A DNA stretch of 63,354 bases from Gammaproteobacteria bacterium (GTDB taxonomy: Bacteria > Pseudomonadota > Gammaproteobacteria > Magnimaribacterales > D2472), in assembly GCA_008080945.1 (NCBI GenBank), contig VMDH01000034.1, forward strand, positions 1 through 63,354. Reading direction: 5' to 3'. Of this stretch, positions 1 through 9,425 are shown in pieces. The notes below the pieces were generated by a model, which saw nothing but the letters and a program-made list of their open reading frames with translations, made no database searches and was not told the DNA's origin. Each line of letters starts with the position of its first letter. Position 1 is the first letter of the stretch. Both the position numbers and the translations under genes were made by a program.

Positions 1-3000
1 CAGTAAAGTTTATTTCTTACGCAGAAGATCAAGGAATAAAGCCTATTTTGGGAGCAGTGATCTCAGTTAAAGGTAGATCAGAGATCGATGAGGTTCTCGT
101 TCTTATCAAAGATAACATAGGACTTCTTAACCTACTAAAAATTATCTCCAAGGCACAACAAAATAAGGCATCTGATCTGCCAGCCATCAATTTTGCAGAT
201 TTCACTAATAACCTTGAAGGATTGTTTGTGATCATTGGCGGTCAAAGAAGTTTAGCCAGAAGATATGCAATCCATGGTAGAGATGATTTGCTAGAGCGGC
301 TATTGACTCATTATAAAAATATCTCCCATGACAACCTCTTCTTAGAAATCAATGCTATTAGCGATGAGGATTCTATTGCCAACTCGGTTTTTGCTACCAA
401 AGCTCATGAGCACTCAATACCATTAGTTGCTAGCAATGATGTTCTTTTTGCTAATCAAGAAGACTTTGACATCCACGACATCAAGGTTTGCATAAACACT
501 GGAAAAGTTATTGATGACAAAAATAGAGCAAAAGACTTTAGACAGTCACAATATTTCAAAAGCCCTAAAGAAATGTATGCCGCTCTCTCTGAGTATGAAA
601 TAGCTTTAGAAAATACCTATCGTTTAGCAATGAAGTGCAACATCACTTTCAATACGGGCAAATATTTTTTACCTGAGTACCCAGTCTCTGAAGACCAAAG
701 TTTTGATTCCTATCTTGAAAAGTTAGCAAGAGAGGGCCTGAATATTTTCTTAAAGAAATTAGATTCTAACGAACATGCAAAGTATCAAAATAGAATGGAT
801 TTAGAGCTTGAATCTATCAAGGCTACTGGATTTTCTAGTTATTTTTTGATCGTTGCAGATTTCATAAACTGGTCTAAAGATAATAATGTACCTGTGGGTC
901 CTGGGAGGGGTTCTGGGGCCGGTTCATTGGTAGCTTTTTGTCTTGGCATCACTGCATTAGACCCCATAGAACACGGCTTACTATTTGAAAGATTTATCAA
1001 TCCTGAGCGAATATCTATGCCAGATTTTGATATCGATTTTTGTATGGAAAAAAGAGATCTGGTGATCGACTATGTTTCTCAAAAGTATGGTGCTGAAGCC
1101 GTTTCTCAAATAGCTACTTTTGGAACTATGGCAGCTAGGGCAGTGGTTAGGGACGTTGCGCGGGCTTTGGGCAGACCTTATGCCTTAGGAGATAGAATTT
1201 CAAAAATGATTCCCTTTGTCCCTGGCATGACATTGGAGCGTGCCATCAAACAACAGCCTTTACTTAAAGAGATGATTCAAAACGAAGAAGAGGTCTCTGA
1301 AATCATGGATATTTCCTTTAAATTGGAAGGAATTGCTAGAAATGTTGGAAAACATGCAGGAGGGATTGTCATAGCGCCTGGAAAAATTACTGATTTTTGT
1401 CCTCTGTATATTGATTCAAGTTCTGGGTCTACTATGACTCAATTTGATAAAGATGATTTAGAAAAAATAGGCTTGGTAAAGTTTGATTTTCTTGGATTGC
1501 GAACACTCACTGTGATTAGTAAGGCAGTTAATGCAATTAACGCTAAAAAGAAGTTGTTAAAAGAGGAACTACTTGATCTAGAAAATCTTCCGCTTGATGA
1601 TCAAAAGGTATTTGATCTGCTTCAACAGGGAAAAACTACAGCGGTTTTTCAGCTTGAATCACCCGGAATGCGTGAGCTTATTAGAAGATTAAAGCCAACA
1701 AAGTTTGAGGAAATTACAGCATTGCTTGCACTTTATCGACCTGGTCCTTTGGAATCAGGAATGGACGATCAATTTGTGGATCGTAAGCATGGAAGAAATA
1801 ATGTTTCTTATCCTCATCCATTATTGGAACCCATTCTTTCAGAAACTTATGGAGTAATTTTGTATCAAGAGCAGGTCATGCAGGCTGCTCAAGTACTTGC
1901 TGGATACTCTCTTGGGCAAGCAGATATCCTCAGAAGAGCAATGGGAAAGAAAAAAGTTGAGGAAATGGAGGAACAAAGAGCCGTATTCGTGGAGGGCTGT
2001 AAGAAAAATAATATTAAAGAAGGGCTTGCCTCAAAGATTTTTGATCTAATTGAAAAATTTGCAGGTTATGGATTTAACAAATCTCACTCTGCAGCCTATG
2101 CATTGATTTCTTACCAAACTGCCTTTCTGAAAACATATTTTCCTGAGCAGTTCATGGCTGCAGTTCTTTCTACGGAGCTTGGTAATACTGACAAAATTTA
2201 TACTCTTCTTAAAGAATGTAATAGTCTGGGTATTCAAGTTAAAAAGCCAGACATCATGAAATCCGAAAAAGAGTTCTTTGTAAATGAACAAAACATTATC
2301 GAATATGGCTTAGGCGCTATCAAAGGAGTTGCTGATTCATTTATAAACCATTTGTTAGAAAATCGATCCCAACACAATATTGAAAACCTATTTGATTTAA
2401 CTAAGAAGTTTGATATTAAGTTAGGAGGCAAAAAGTCTATTGAGGCGCTTGCAAAATCAGGGGCATTTGATGCCTTGGTTCCTAATAGGTCAATTGCTAT
2501 CTATTCGCTAAGCGATATTTTGTCTGAATCTCAAAAAGGAAATATGCAACAAGTTGGAGGGGACCTATTTAGCAGTAATGCCATAGATTTTGATCCTTAT
2601 GAAAAATTTAAGAATAAAGATGAGATCGATAACAATGAAATCCTTGAACTAGAACGCGAAGCTTTGGGATTTTATTTCTCAGGTCACCCTGTAGAGTCAC
2701 TAGGCAATACATTAACAGGATTGACCTCTCATACCATTGATCAGCTGAAACCCGATATAAAGAAATCTAAAATTGCTGGCTTAATTCAGAATATTAGACA
2801 AACACGTGATAGACAAGGTCAGCAAATGTATTTTGTGAATTTTGATGATGGCTCTGGATCTATGGATGCTGTGATATCGAATGATCTCATTCAAAGTCAT
2901 CATGAAATTATTAAAAAAAACAACATACTCATCTTCGCAGGAGACATCAGCATAGATGACTATCGTTCAAAAGAGGTTGGAAAAGTGCAATTTAAAATGA

Positions 3001-3287
3001 ATGTTAAAAGACTGCATACCCTAGATGGAATATATAAAAGCGTGCAGGGCATTTCTTTACATATTACTGAGGATCAACTTCCAGAGCTGGAAAGTGGAAT
3101 GGAAACCTTAAAAAAACTCAATGGTGCTTTATGGGAATCAGGAGAATGTACTCTAGAGATTAAGCTTAGTTTTAAAGATAAAGACACCTCTATTAGTTTA
3201 GGAGAGAATTTTAGATTTCATCCAAATCAAGATAATATTGCATCTATAAAACATGCTTTTCCAAATTTAGATTTAAGAATTAATTAA
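1..3287 (+). CDS. dnaE: DNA polymerase III alpha subunit, 5' end cut by window edge
   Basis: Frame is open from nt 3 (VKFISYAEDQGIKPILGAV...) to TAA at 3285-3287. Pol III alpha blocks are present: GRGSGAGSLVAFCLGIT, PDFDIDF, YRPGP, GYGFNKSHSAAYA, and a C-terminal OB region. Followed by accA as in E. coli/Pseudomonas. Confidence 0.96.
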   Translation, partial: VKFISYAEDQGIKPILGAVISVKGRSEIDEVLVLIKDNIGLLNLLKIISKAQQNKASDLPAINFADFTNNLEGLFVIIGGQRSLARRYAIHGRDDLLERLLTHYKNISHDNLFLEINAISDEDSIANSVFATKAHEHSIPLVASNDVLFANQEDFDIHDIKVCINTGKVIDDKNRAKDFRQSQYFKSPKEMYAALSEYEIALENTYRLAMKCNITFNTGKYFLPEYPVSEDQSFDSYLEKLAREGLNIFLKKLDSNEHAKYQNRMDLELESIKATGFSSYFLIVADFINWSKDNNVPVGPGRGSGAGSLVAFCLGITALDPIEHGLLFERFINPERISMPDFDIDFCMEKRDLVIDYVSQKYGAEAVSQIATFGTMAARAVVRDVARALGRPYALGDRISKMIPFVPGMTLERAIKQQPLLKEMIQNEEEVSEIMDISFKLEGIARNVGKHAGGIVIAPGKITDFCPLYIDSSSGSTMTQFDKDDLEKIGLVKFDFLGLRTLTVISKAVNAINAKKKLLKEELLDLENLPLDDQKVFDLLQQGKTTAVFQLESPGMRELIRRLKPTKFEEITALLALYRPGPLESGMDDQFVDRKHGRNNVSYPHPLLEPILSETYGVILYQEQVMQAAQVLAGYSLGQADILRRAMGKKKVEEMEEQRAVFVEGCKKNNIKEGLASKIFDLIEKFAGYGFNKSHSAAYALISYQTAFLKTYFPEQFMAAVLSTELGNTDKIYTLLKECNSLGIQVKKPDIMKSEKEFFVNEQNIIEYGLGAIKGVADSFINHLLENRSQHNIENLFDLTKKFDIKLGGKKSIEALAKSGAFDALVPNRSIAIYSLSDILSESQKGNMQQVGGDLFSSNAIDFDPYEKFKNKDEIDNNEILELEREALGFYFSGHPVESLGNTLTGLTSHTIDQLKPDIKKSKIAGLIQNIRQTRDRQGQQMYFVNFDDGSGSMDAVISNDLIQSHHEIIKKNNILIFAGDISIDDYRSKEVGKVQFKMNVKRLHTLDGIYKSVQGISLHITEDQLPELESGMETLKKLNGALWESGECTLEIKLSFKDKDTSISLGENFRFHPNQDNIASIKHAFPNLDLRIN

Positions 3288-3288
3288 C

Positions 3289-4233
3289 ATGAGCAATCAA
3301 TTTTTAGAGTTTGAAAAACCACTTGCTGACATTTTAGAGAAAATTGCAGCTCTTAGAGAGGCTTCCAAAGGGGATACCTCCTTGCTAAAGGAGATCCAAT
3401 CGCTTGAGGATGAGGAACTCAAGCTGCGTAAAAAGATATTTTCAAAGCTTTCAATTTGGCAGAAAGTACAGGTAGCCCGTCATCCTCAACGACCACATAT
3501 TTCAGACTTTATTCCAAGATTATTTAGTGACTTTGATGAGCTTCATGGAGACCGACAGTTTGCAGACGATGCCTCTATCATTGGTGGTCTGGCAACCTTT
3601 GAAAATATTCCAGTGATGATTGTTGGACATGAAAAGGGCAGGGAAACTTCAGAAAAAGTTAAACGAAATTTTGGGATGGCTCAGCCTGAGGGTTACCGAA
3701 AAGCAAAAAGGTTATTTCAGCTAGCTGAGAGATTTTCTTTACCCGTCATTACATTTATAGATACAGCTGGAGCATATCCTGGTGTTGAAGGAGAAGAAAG
3801 AGGTCAATCTGAAGCTATTGCTCAAAATCTTGCTGTCATGTCAAAACTCAGGACGCCAATTATTGTTGTTGTTACTGGGGAGGGCGGCTCAGGAGGCGCT
3901 CTGGCGATTGGAGTAGGGGACCATGTTGCAATTTTTGAACATGCCATCTATTCAGTTGCTTCTCCAGAGGCATGCGCTTCAATCGTTTGGAGATCATCAG
4001 AGAATGCACCAGATGCTGCTGAAGCAATGAAAGTTAGTGCCCAAGAGCTTATTAAGATTGGTATTGTGGATGAGATTATTCCAGAGCCCTCTGGTGGTGC
4101 TCATAGGGATTATGAAGAAATGGCTACGTCATTAAAAAAATCAATAACAGATGCGCTTTCAAGATTGGATCAACAAACAATTGAGGAGATGCTTGAAAGC
4201 AGATATCAAAGGCTTTTAAGAATTGGCTCTTAA
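3289..4233 (+). CDS. accA: Acetyl-CoA carboxylase carboxyltransferase alpha subunit
   Basis: 314 aa with blocks ARHPQRPH, FIDTAGAYPGVEGEERGQSEAIA and GEGGSGGALA. ATG lies 1 nt after the dnaE stop, the conserved dnaE-accA arrangement. Confidence 0.95.
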   Translation: MSNQFLEFEKPLADILEKIAALREASKGDTSLLKEIQSLEDEELKLRKKIFSKLSIWQKVQVARHPQRPHISDFIPRLFSDFDELHGDRQFADDASIIGGLATFENIPVMIVGHEKGRETSEKVKRNFGMAQPEGYRKAKRLFQLAERFSLPVITFIDTAGAYPGVEGEERGQSEAIAQNLAVMSKLRTPIIVVVTGEGGSGGALAIGVGDHVAIFEHAIYSVASPEACASIVWRSSENAPDAAEAMKVSAQELIKIGIVDEIIPEPSGGAHRDYEEMATSLKKSITDALSRLDQQTIEEMLESRYQRLLRIGS

Positions 4234-5194
4234 CGATTTAGCTGCCAAAGAAATTTTCCAAAATATCGACCCAGATTTAGATACTCTTGTGGGATTTAGT
4301 GGTGGACCAGATTCCACTGCATTGCTCTTCGGACTTCACCAATTAAAAATTAACAATAGATTGAATGGAAAGCTTGCTGCTCTGCATATAAATCATGGCA
4401 TTAATTCTCAAGCAAACGCTTGGGAGAGTCATTGCAAGCAAGTAGCTGAATCACTTGGTATCACATTTTTTAGCGAGCATGTCACTTTAAAAAGCAAATC
4501 AAAAAGTATTGAAATTGAGGCTCGGAATTTAAGAATGGAAGTGTTCAAAGCATATTCGAGGGATTACAAACAAATATGCCTTGCACACCACCTAGATGAT
4601 CAGGTGGAAACAGTTTTATTTAGACTTTTTAGAGGGACCGGATTAAGAGGGATAACGGGTATAAAACTTTCCAGAAAAATTGGCGAAGGTTTCCTTATAC
4701 GTCCTTTATTGCATGCCCCAAAGGATGTATTGATTGACTACCTTACATCTCACAACATTGACTATTTAATAGATGAATCCAATTTAGATCAGAGCATCGA
4801 TAGAAATTTTATTAGAAAATCTGTGATGCCTTTAATTCAGTCAAGATGGAGCGCAGCTGCAAACAAGATTTTTGATTTTAGTAAACTTGCGCATGAAGAG
4901 ATTGAAATCCTAGACACACTTTTTGAAAATGTTTATGGGCATCTTTTTAGATCTGAATCTCTCATTAAAAGTGAGCTTGTAAATCTCGACTCTCCATTGA
5001 GAAGAAAATTAATCAGGCATTGGTTAGAATTTCATAAACTCCCTATTCCAAATTTAAAGATACTTATTGAAATTGAGAAAACTTTTTTAGATTCTTCCTC
5101 GCCTAATGCAGAAGTTCAGTGGAGCAGATCTGATGATGAGCAAGGTGTTATACTTCGTATCAACAAAAATGAGATTTATTTTGAGGTGATATAA
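4223..5194 (+). CDS. tilS: tRNA(Ile)-lysidine synthase, short form
   Basis: PP-loop motif GFSGGPDS and LAHHLDDQVETVLFRLFRGTG. TTG start overlaps accA by 11 nt, and there is no in-frame ATG before the P-loop. 323 aa versus 432 aa in E. coli. Confidence 0.8.
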   Translation: MALNDLAAKEIFQNIDPDLDTLVGFSGGPDSTALLFGLHQLKINNRLNGKLAALHINHGINSQANAWESHCKQVAESLGITFFSEHVTLKSKSKSIEIEARNLRMEVFKAYSRDYKQICLAHHLDDQVETVLFRLFRGTGLRGITGIKLSRKIGEGFLIRPLLHAPKDVLIDYLTSHNIDYLIDESNLDQSIDRNFIRKSVMPLIQSRWSAAANKIFDFSKLAHEEIEILDTLFENVYGHLFRSESLIKSELVNLDSPLRRKLIRHWLEFHKLPIPNLKILIEIEKTFLDSSSPNAEVQWSRSDDEQGVILRINKNEIYFEVI

Positions 5195-5197
5195 AAA

Positions 5198-5977
5198 ATG
5201 GCTTACGACACTCTTTCTTTAGATATAAATACTGAAACCAAAATAGCAAAAATAGTTCTTACAAGACCAGATGCAATGAATGCCTTTAACGAGCAACTAG
5301 TATGGGATCTTAAAAGTGCAACAGAACAGGTTTCTCAAGAAGAAAAAGTAAGAGTATGTATATTAACGGGAATGGGACGTGGCTTTTCTTCCGGAGCTGA
5401 TCTACAAGAGAGAGATGCTAGCTGGAAGAGTACCAAAGATTCACTTCTAAACGGATATCTACCCAGTTTAAGAGCGATTATTGATATGCCAATTCCAGTA
5501 ATAGGTTCTATAAATGGTCCAGCTGCAGGTATTGGGGCAGCATATGCCATGGCTTGTGATTTACGCATCATGTCTAAAGATGCTTTCATTATGTCTGTAT
5601 TCAGTAATATTGCACTTGTCCCAGATGGAGGGCTTGCTTGGCTATTACCCAAGGGCTTTGGATATGCAAAGGCATTGGAGTATGCCATTGAAGCAAAAAG
5701 AATATCAGCTGAGGAGTGTGAAAGGTTTGGGGTTGCCAATAAGGTTGTAGATCCAGAAAAGCTAGAAGAAGAGACTAACGCTTGGGCTGAAACTATTGCT
5801 AGCAGATCACCAACGGCTGTTAGGGAAACAAAGAAGCTCATGAGACTTGCTATGGAAAAAGGATATTACGAAGTATATGAGGCTGAGGCAGAAATCCAAG
5901 ACAAAATTTTTGGTGGGGATGAGTTTAAAGAAGGTGTATCAGCTTTCTTTGAAAAGAGAAAACCAAATTTTAAGTAA
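5198..5977 (+). CDS. Enoyl-CoA hydratase/isomerase (crotonase) family protein
   Basis: 259 aa with crotonase blocks GMGRGFSSGADL and INGPAAGIGAAYAMACD, and a C-terminal EGVSAFFEKRKPNF. Confidence 0.85.
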   Translation: MAYDTLSLDINTETKIAKIVLTRPDAMNAFNEQLVWDLKSATEQVSQEEKVRVCILTGMGRGFSSGADLQERDASWKSTKDSLLNGYLPSLRAIIDMPIPVIGSINGPAAGIGAAYAMACDLRIMSKDAFIMSVFSNIALVPDGGLAWLLPKGFGYAKALEYAIEAKRISAEECERFGVANKVVDPEKLEEETNAWAETIASRSPTAVRETKKLMRLAMEKGYYEVYEAEAEIQDKIFGGDEFKEGVSAFFEKRKPNFK

Positions 5978-7625
5978 TATTATTAAAGCAACAAATAATA
6001 GCTTTTATTGAAGACTTAAGTGTATTTTTATCAATGCCAGCTCCCCAGCGAGTAACTTTTTTATCTTTGGTAATTTCAATATAAGTTATCGCAGAAGCCC
6101 CTGAACCTGAACCGATAGAATGTTGATGGAATTCGCTGATACTCAATTTAGTTGCAAAAGCCTCATTTAAAGCATGGATTGCAGCAGAAAGCGGACCTTC
6201 ACCTTGAGCATGAATTTTCTGTTGCTTATCTCCATTTGCTAGAACAATTTCTATGCTGTCTTGACCATCTTCCTTAGAAGATACCTCAAATGATATGAGT
6301 TCTAAGCCATTTGACTTTACAAAAGAACTTTCAAAGATATCCCAAATTTCTGAGGAGATTATTTCTCTACCAGTTTCATCAGCAACTTTTTGTACCTCAG
6401 CACTTAAGGCTATTTGTAAGCGCCTTGGCAATGAAACTCCATGGTCATTTTCTAAGATATAAGCAATCCCACCTTTACCTGATTGAGAATTGATTCTCAC
6501 CACTGCTTCATATGTTCTACCCAAGTCTGCGGGGTCAATAGGAAGGTAGGGTACCTCCCAATGCGGCTCATTGGTTTTCTTTAAAGCCTGTAGTCCTTTA
6601 TTGATGGCATCTTGATGTGACCCTGAGAATGCAGTAAATACTAGATCCCCTGCATAGGGATGTCTTGGGTGCACTGGCAGCTTATTACAAAATTCTACTT
6701 CCCTGATGACATGATTAATATTGGTAAAGTCTAGCTCAGGATCAATTCCCTGCGTTAACAAATTAAGAGCCAGCGTTACAATGTCTACATTGCCCGTTCT
6801 TTCGCCATTACCAAATAATGTTCCTTCTACACGGTCAGCACCAGCCATGAGTCCAAGCTCGGTAGCAGCTACTGCAGTTCCTCTGTCGTTATGGGGATGA
6901 AGAGACAGAATAATATTTTCCCTATTTAACAGATTGCGATGCATCCATTCAATTTGGTCCGCATACATATTAGGAGATGTCATTTCAACAGTAGCGGGCA
7001 GATTGATAATAACTTTATTTTGTGAAGCATCCTTTAGGATACGCACAACAGCATTGCAAACTTCAACAGCATACTCACATTCTGTGCCAGTAAAGCTCTC
7101 GGGGGAGTATTCAAAAGACCAATCAGTATGGGTATTTTCTAGGGCCAATTTTTTAACTAATTCAGCCGCATCGGTTGCTATCTTTTTTATTCCTGCTTCA
7201 TCCTGATTAAATACTACTTTGCGTTGAAGGGTTGAGGTGGAATTATAAAAATGAACTATTGCTCTATCAGCGCCATCAAGCGCCTCAAAAGTTCGCTCAA
7301 TAATATGCGATCTTGCTTGCGTTAGGACTTGAATAGTTACATCGGAGGGTATTTTTTCTTCTTCGATCAGCCAGCGAACAAAATCAAAATCTGTTTGAGA
7401 TGCTGCAGGAAACCCAACTTCAATTTCTTTAAACCCTAAATTGCAAAGCAATTCAAACATTCTCTTTTTGCGTTCTTGCCCCATTGGCTCAATAAGAGCT
7501 TGATTTCCATCTCTAAGATCTACAGAACACCACAGGGGTTTTTTTTCGATTGCATTGCTAGGCCATGTTCTATCTGGCAGCTCGATAGGCTTATAAGGTT
7601 TGTATTTGCTAGCAATATCTTTCAT
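5970..7625 (-). CDS. leuA: 2-isopropylmalate synthase (long, ~550-aa type)
   Basis: 551 aa with WCSVDLRDGNQA, LSLHPHNDRGTAVA and GTLFGNGERTGN, plus a C-terminal regulatory domain. The 3' end overlaps the convergent crotonase gene by 8 nt. Confidence 0.93.
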   Translation of the reverse strand: MKDIASKYKPYKPIELPDRTWPSNAIEKKPLWCSVDLRDGNQALIEPMGQERKKRMFELLCNLGFKEIEVGFPAASQTDFDFVRWLIEEEKIPSDVTIQVLTQARSHIIERTFEALDGADRAIVHFYNSTSTLQRKVVFNQDEAGIKKIATDAAELVKKLALENTHTDWSFEYSPESFTGTECEYAVEVCNAVVRILKDASQNKVIINLPATVEMTSPNMYADQIEWMHRNLLNRENIILSLHPHNDRGTAVAATELGLMAGADRVEGTLFGNGERTGNVDIVTLALNLLTQGIDPELDFTNINHVIREVEFCNKLPVHPRHPYAGDLVFTAFSGSHQDAINKGLQALKKTNEPHWEVPYLPIDPADLGRTYEAVVRINSQSGKGGIAYILENDHGVSLPRRLQIALSAEVQKVADETGREIISSEIWDIFESSFVKSNGLELISFEVSSKEDGQDSIEIVLANGDKQQKIHAQGEGPLSAAIHALNEAFATKLSISEFHQHSIGSGSGASAITYIEITKDKKVTRWGAGIDKNTLKSSIKAIICCFNNIT

Positions 7626-7638
7626 GTTTTAATGAGCT

Positions 7639-8058
7639 GTGTCTTATTTAAACAAACGGTCAGCAACAATTCTTTCTCTAATGGGAATCAAAGACTTTTC
7701 ACAAGCATTCGTTGAACCCAAAAAAAGTATTAATTATATGTTTCTAGAGCCTATTTTAACATTGCATCAAGAGGAATTAGACCAAATAAAGGAAGATGAG
7801 CTAGATCTGTTAAATAAAGTTCTACAATCCTCTGGTAATAACTCTCTTTTAGAAAGAGGAACTCTTTTGGTTGAAGAAGATGCAACCGAGTTTGATAGCA
7901 ATATGATTAGACGCAACTGCAGGGTGATCATTGATTTTACAAGAACATTCAACGGATCTAATGTGATTGCTGCCCCCTCTTTAGAACAACTGCTACAAAA
8001 CCAAGATCTCAAAAAAAATTTATGGCAACAAATGCTATACCACCTCAAGAGCAAATAA
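7639..8058 (+). CDS. holD: DNA polymerase III psi subunit (HolD-like)
   Basis: 139 aa. The C-terminus NVIAAPSLEQLLQNQDLKKNLWQQMLYH parallels E. coli psi ...QVASPALTDLRANPTARAALWQQICTYE. The N-terminal L..MGIKDF parallels LQQLGITQW. It lies immediately upstream of and overlaps rimI, as holD-rimI do in enterics. GTG start. Confidence 0.6.
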   Translation: MSYLNKRSATILSLMGIKDFSQAFVEPKKSINYMFLEPILTLHQEELDQIKEDELDLLNKVLQSSGNNSLLERGTLLVEEDATEFDSNMIRRNCRVIIDFTRTFNGSNVIAAPSLEQLLQNQDLKKNLWQQMLYHLKSK

Positions 8059-8489
8059 AGATATCTTTAGCAAATTCTAGCGATTTTGCCAGGATCCATG
8101 CTATAGATTCCGAAACAAATATTTCTCCTTGGACAGTAGAGCAGGTCAAGTCTTCATTTAATGCAGGACATATAGCCCTAAAGGCTACACTTGAAAGTGA
8201 GTTGATTGGATTTTTAATTTATGAATCTATTTTCCCTGAGATCCATTTACTGAGTGTTGCTGTTGATAAAACTCAACAAGGTAAGGGTATTGGAAGACTT
8301 TTGATGCAAACATTATTCCAGCAAGCCAAAGTGCAAGATATGCAAATAATATATCTAGAGGTTAGACAATCTAATCAGATAGCAATCACGTTATACGAAT
8401 CTTTTGGTTTTAAGGTAGATGCTGTAAGAGTTGATTACTACAAGAAGCCAAAACCAGAGGATGCGTTATTAATGAGTATTGCTTTGTAG
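8022..8489 (+). CDS. rimI: Ribosomal-protein-alanine N-acetyltransferase (GNAT)
   Basis: 155 aa GNAT with HLLSVAVDKTQQGKGIGRLLMQ and LEVRQSNQIAITLYESFGF. holD-rimI synteny. Confidence 0.8.
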   Translation: MATNAIPPQEQIKISLANSSDFARIHAIDSETNISPWTVEQVKSSFNAGHIALKATLESELIGFLIYESIFPEIHLLSVAVDKTQQGKGIGRLLMQTLFQQAKVQDMQIIYLEVRQSNQIAITLYESFGFKVDAVRVDYYKKPKPEDALLMSIAL

Positions 8490-9419
8490 CTTTTGCAAGA
8501 TCCAATCTTCAAGCTGTGATTGGAAAGAAAAGTTTTCTATAAAACCGCAATGCCCACCGTACTTGGTAATATTTAGATCGAGTAACTTTGAAGGTTGAAT
8601 ATCTAAAAGTGGATCGACAGGAATACATGGATCATCCATAGCGCTCCATATCGTTGTGTTTCTTGGTAGGTTTTTAAGGTTTTCATCTGTAATAGCATAA
8701 GCATGAAAAAGTTCCCCTAATGAAAAGAATTCAGCATTCTTATTCCTAAAGAATTCAGTTATCTCTCTTAAGGATTTAAGTTCAAGGGCGGGCAGCAGAT
8801 CATTATCTGGGTAATGCTTATGCTTGTTAGCAATAGATTTCTTCCATTTTCTTAAGAAATACTTATTAATTATCACGGATTGAGTATCCATTGCTTTCAT
8901 AGCTTGAGCTGGATCTAAAACAGGAGAGATAGCAATTACTCCTTCCAGATTATTTTCTGATACTACCTGAGAGATACGAAGGGCTATATTACCTCCCAGA
9001 GAAAAACCAATTAAATTAAATAAAACATCCGATTGGCTGCTTGTGATAGTTTTTATTAGCTCTTCAATGGCAGAAATATCTGTGGCCTTAAAAAAATCCG
9101 AGTTCAAATGTTCTGACCCACCATGATCAACGGGATGTATTCTGATTATTTGATATCCTGCTTTGAAAGCATTAAAAGCATGGCATGCTAAATATTTTGA
9201 ATCTTTATTACCCAAGAAACCAGGCAGGAAAATGACAGATTTTGCTGCATCACTTGTTTTGAAATATTCTAAATTTATGCCCGCAGAGCTTTGAAAAATT
9301 TTTTTTTCAGATGCCGTATTTAATGCTTTTACTTTTTTTGACTGATGCAGCGATCGAAGTGGAGAGGAAGAATAAACAGTATTGAAGACACCATTTTTTA
9401 ATAAAAAATTTGGCGACAT
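8469..9419 (-). CDS. Alpha/beta-fold hydrolase (YheT/ABHD-like)
   Basis: 316 aa with nucleophile elbow GFSLGGN, upstream FLPGFLGNKDSKY, and a C-terminal GGHCGF block typical of YheT-type hydrolases. Confidence 0.7.
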   Translation of the reverse strand: MSPNFLLKNGVFNTVYSSSPLRSLHQSKKVKALNTASEKKIFQSSAGINLEYFKTSDAAKSVIFLPGFLGNKDSKYLACHAFNAFKAGYQIIRIHPVDHGGSEHLNSDFFKATDISAIEELIKTITSSQSDVLFNLIGFSLGGNIALRISQVVSENNLEGVIAISPVLDPAQAMKAMDTQSVIINKYFLRKWKKSIANKHKHYPDNDLLPALELKSLREITEFFRNKNAEFFSLGELFHAYAITDENLKNLPRNTTIWSAMDDPCIPVDPLLDIQPSKLLDLNITKYGGHCGFIENFSFQSQLEDWILQKLQSNTH

Positions 9420-9425
9420 ATTTCT

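Noticed and set aside
5335-5841. 168-aa ORF antisense to the crotonase gene. Similar long antisense ORFs lie inside valS (17793-18206), pepA (19949-20344), carB (31562-31972, 33881-34180), nusA (41646-42053), infB (43638-43973) and astD (14896-15246).
   Set aside because: Each lies entirely within a strongly supported conserved gene on the other strand. Each has a low-complexity Ser/Ala/Leu/Pro-rich composition typical of shadow frames, and none has a recognisable motif or SD. I treat them as antisense-frame artefacts.
9299-9307. Homopolymer runs (T9 here; T8 at ~7539-7546 in leuA; A8 at ~2914-2921 in dnaE) as potential slipped-strand phase-variation sites.
   Set aside because: They encode Lys-Lys (AAA AAA) in conserved housekeeping genes of an AT-rich genome. 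The frames are intact, and nothing suggests contingency loci.
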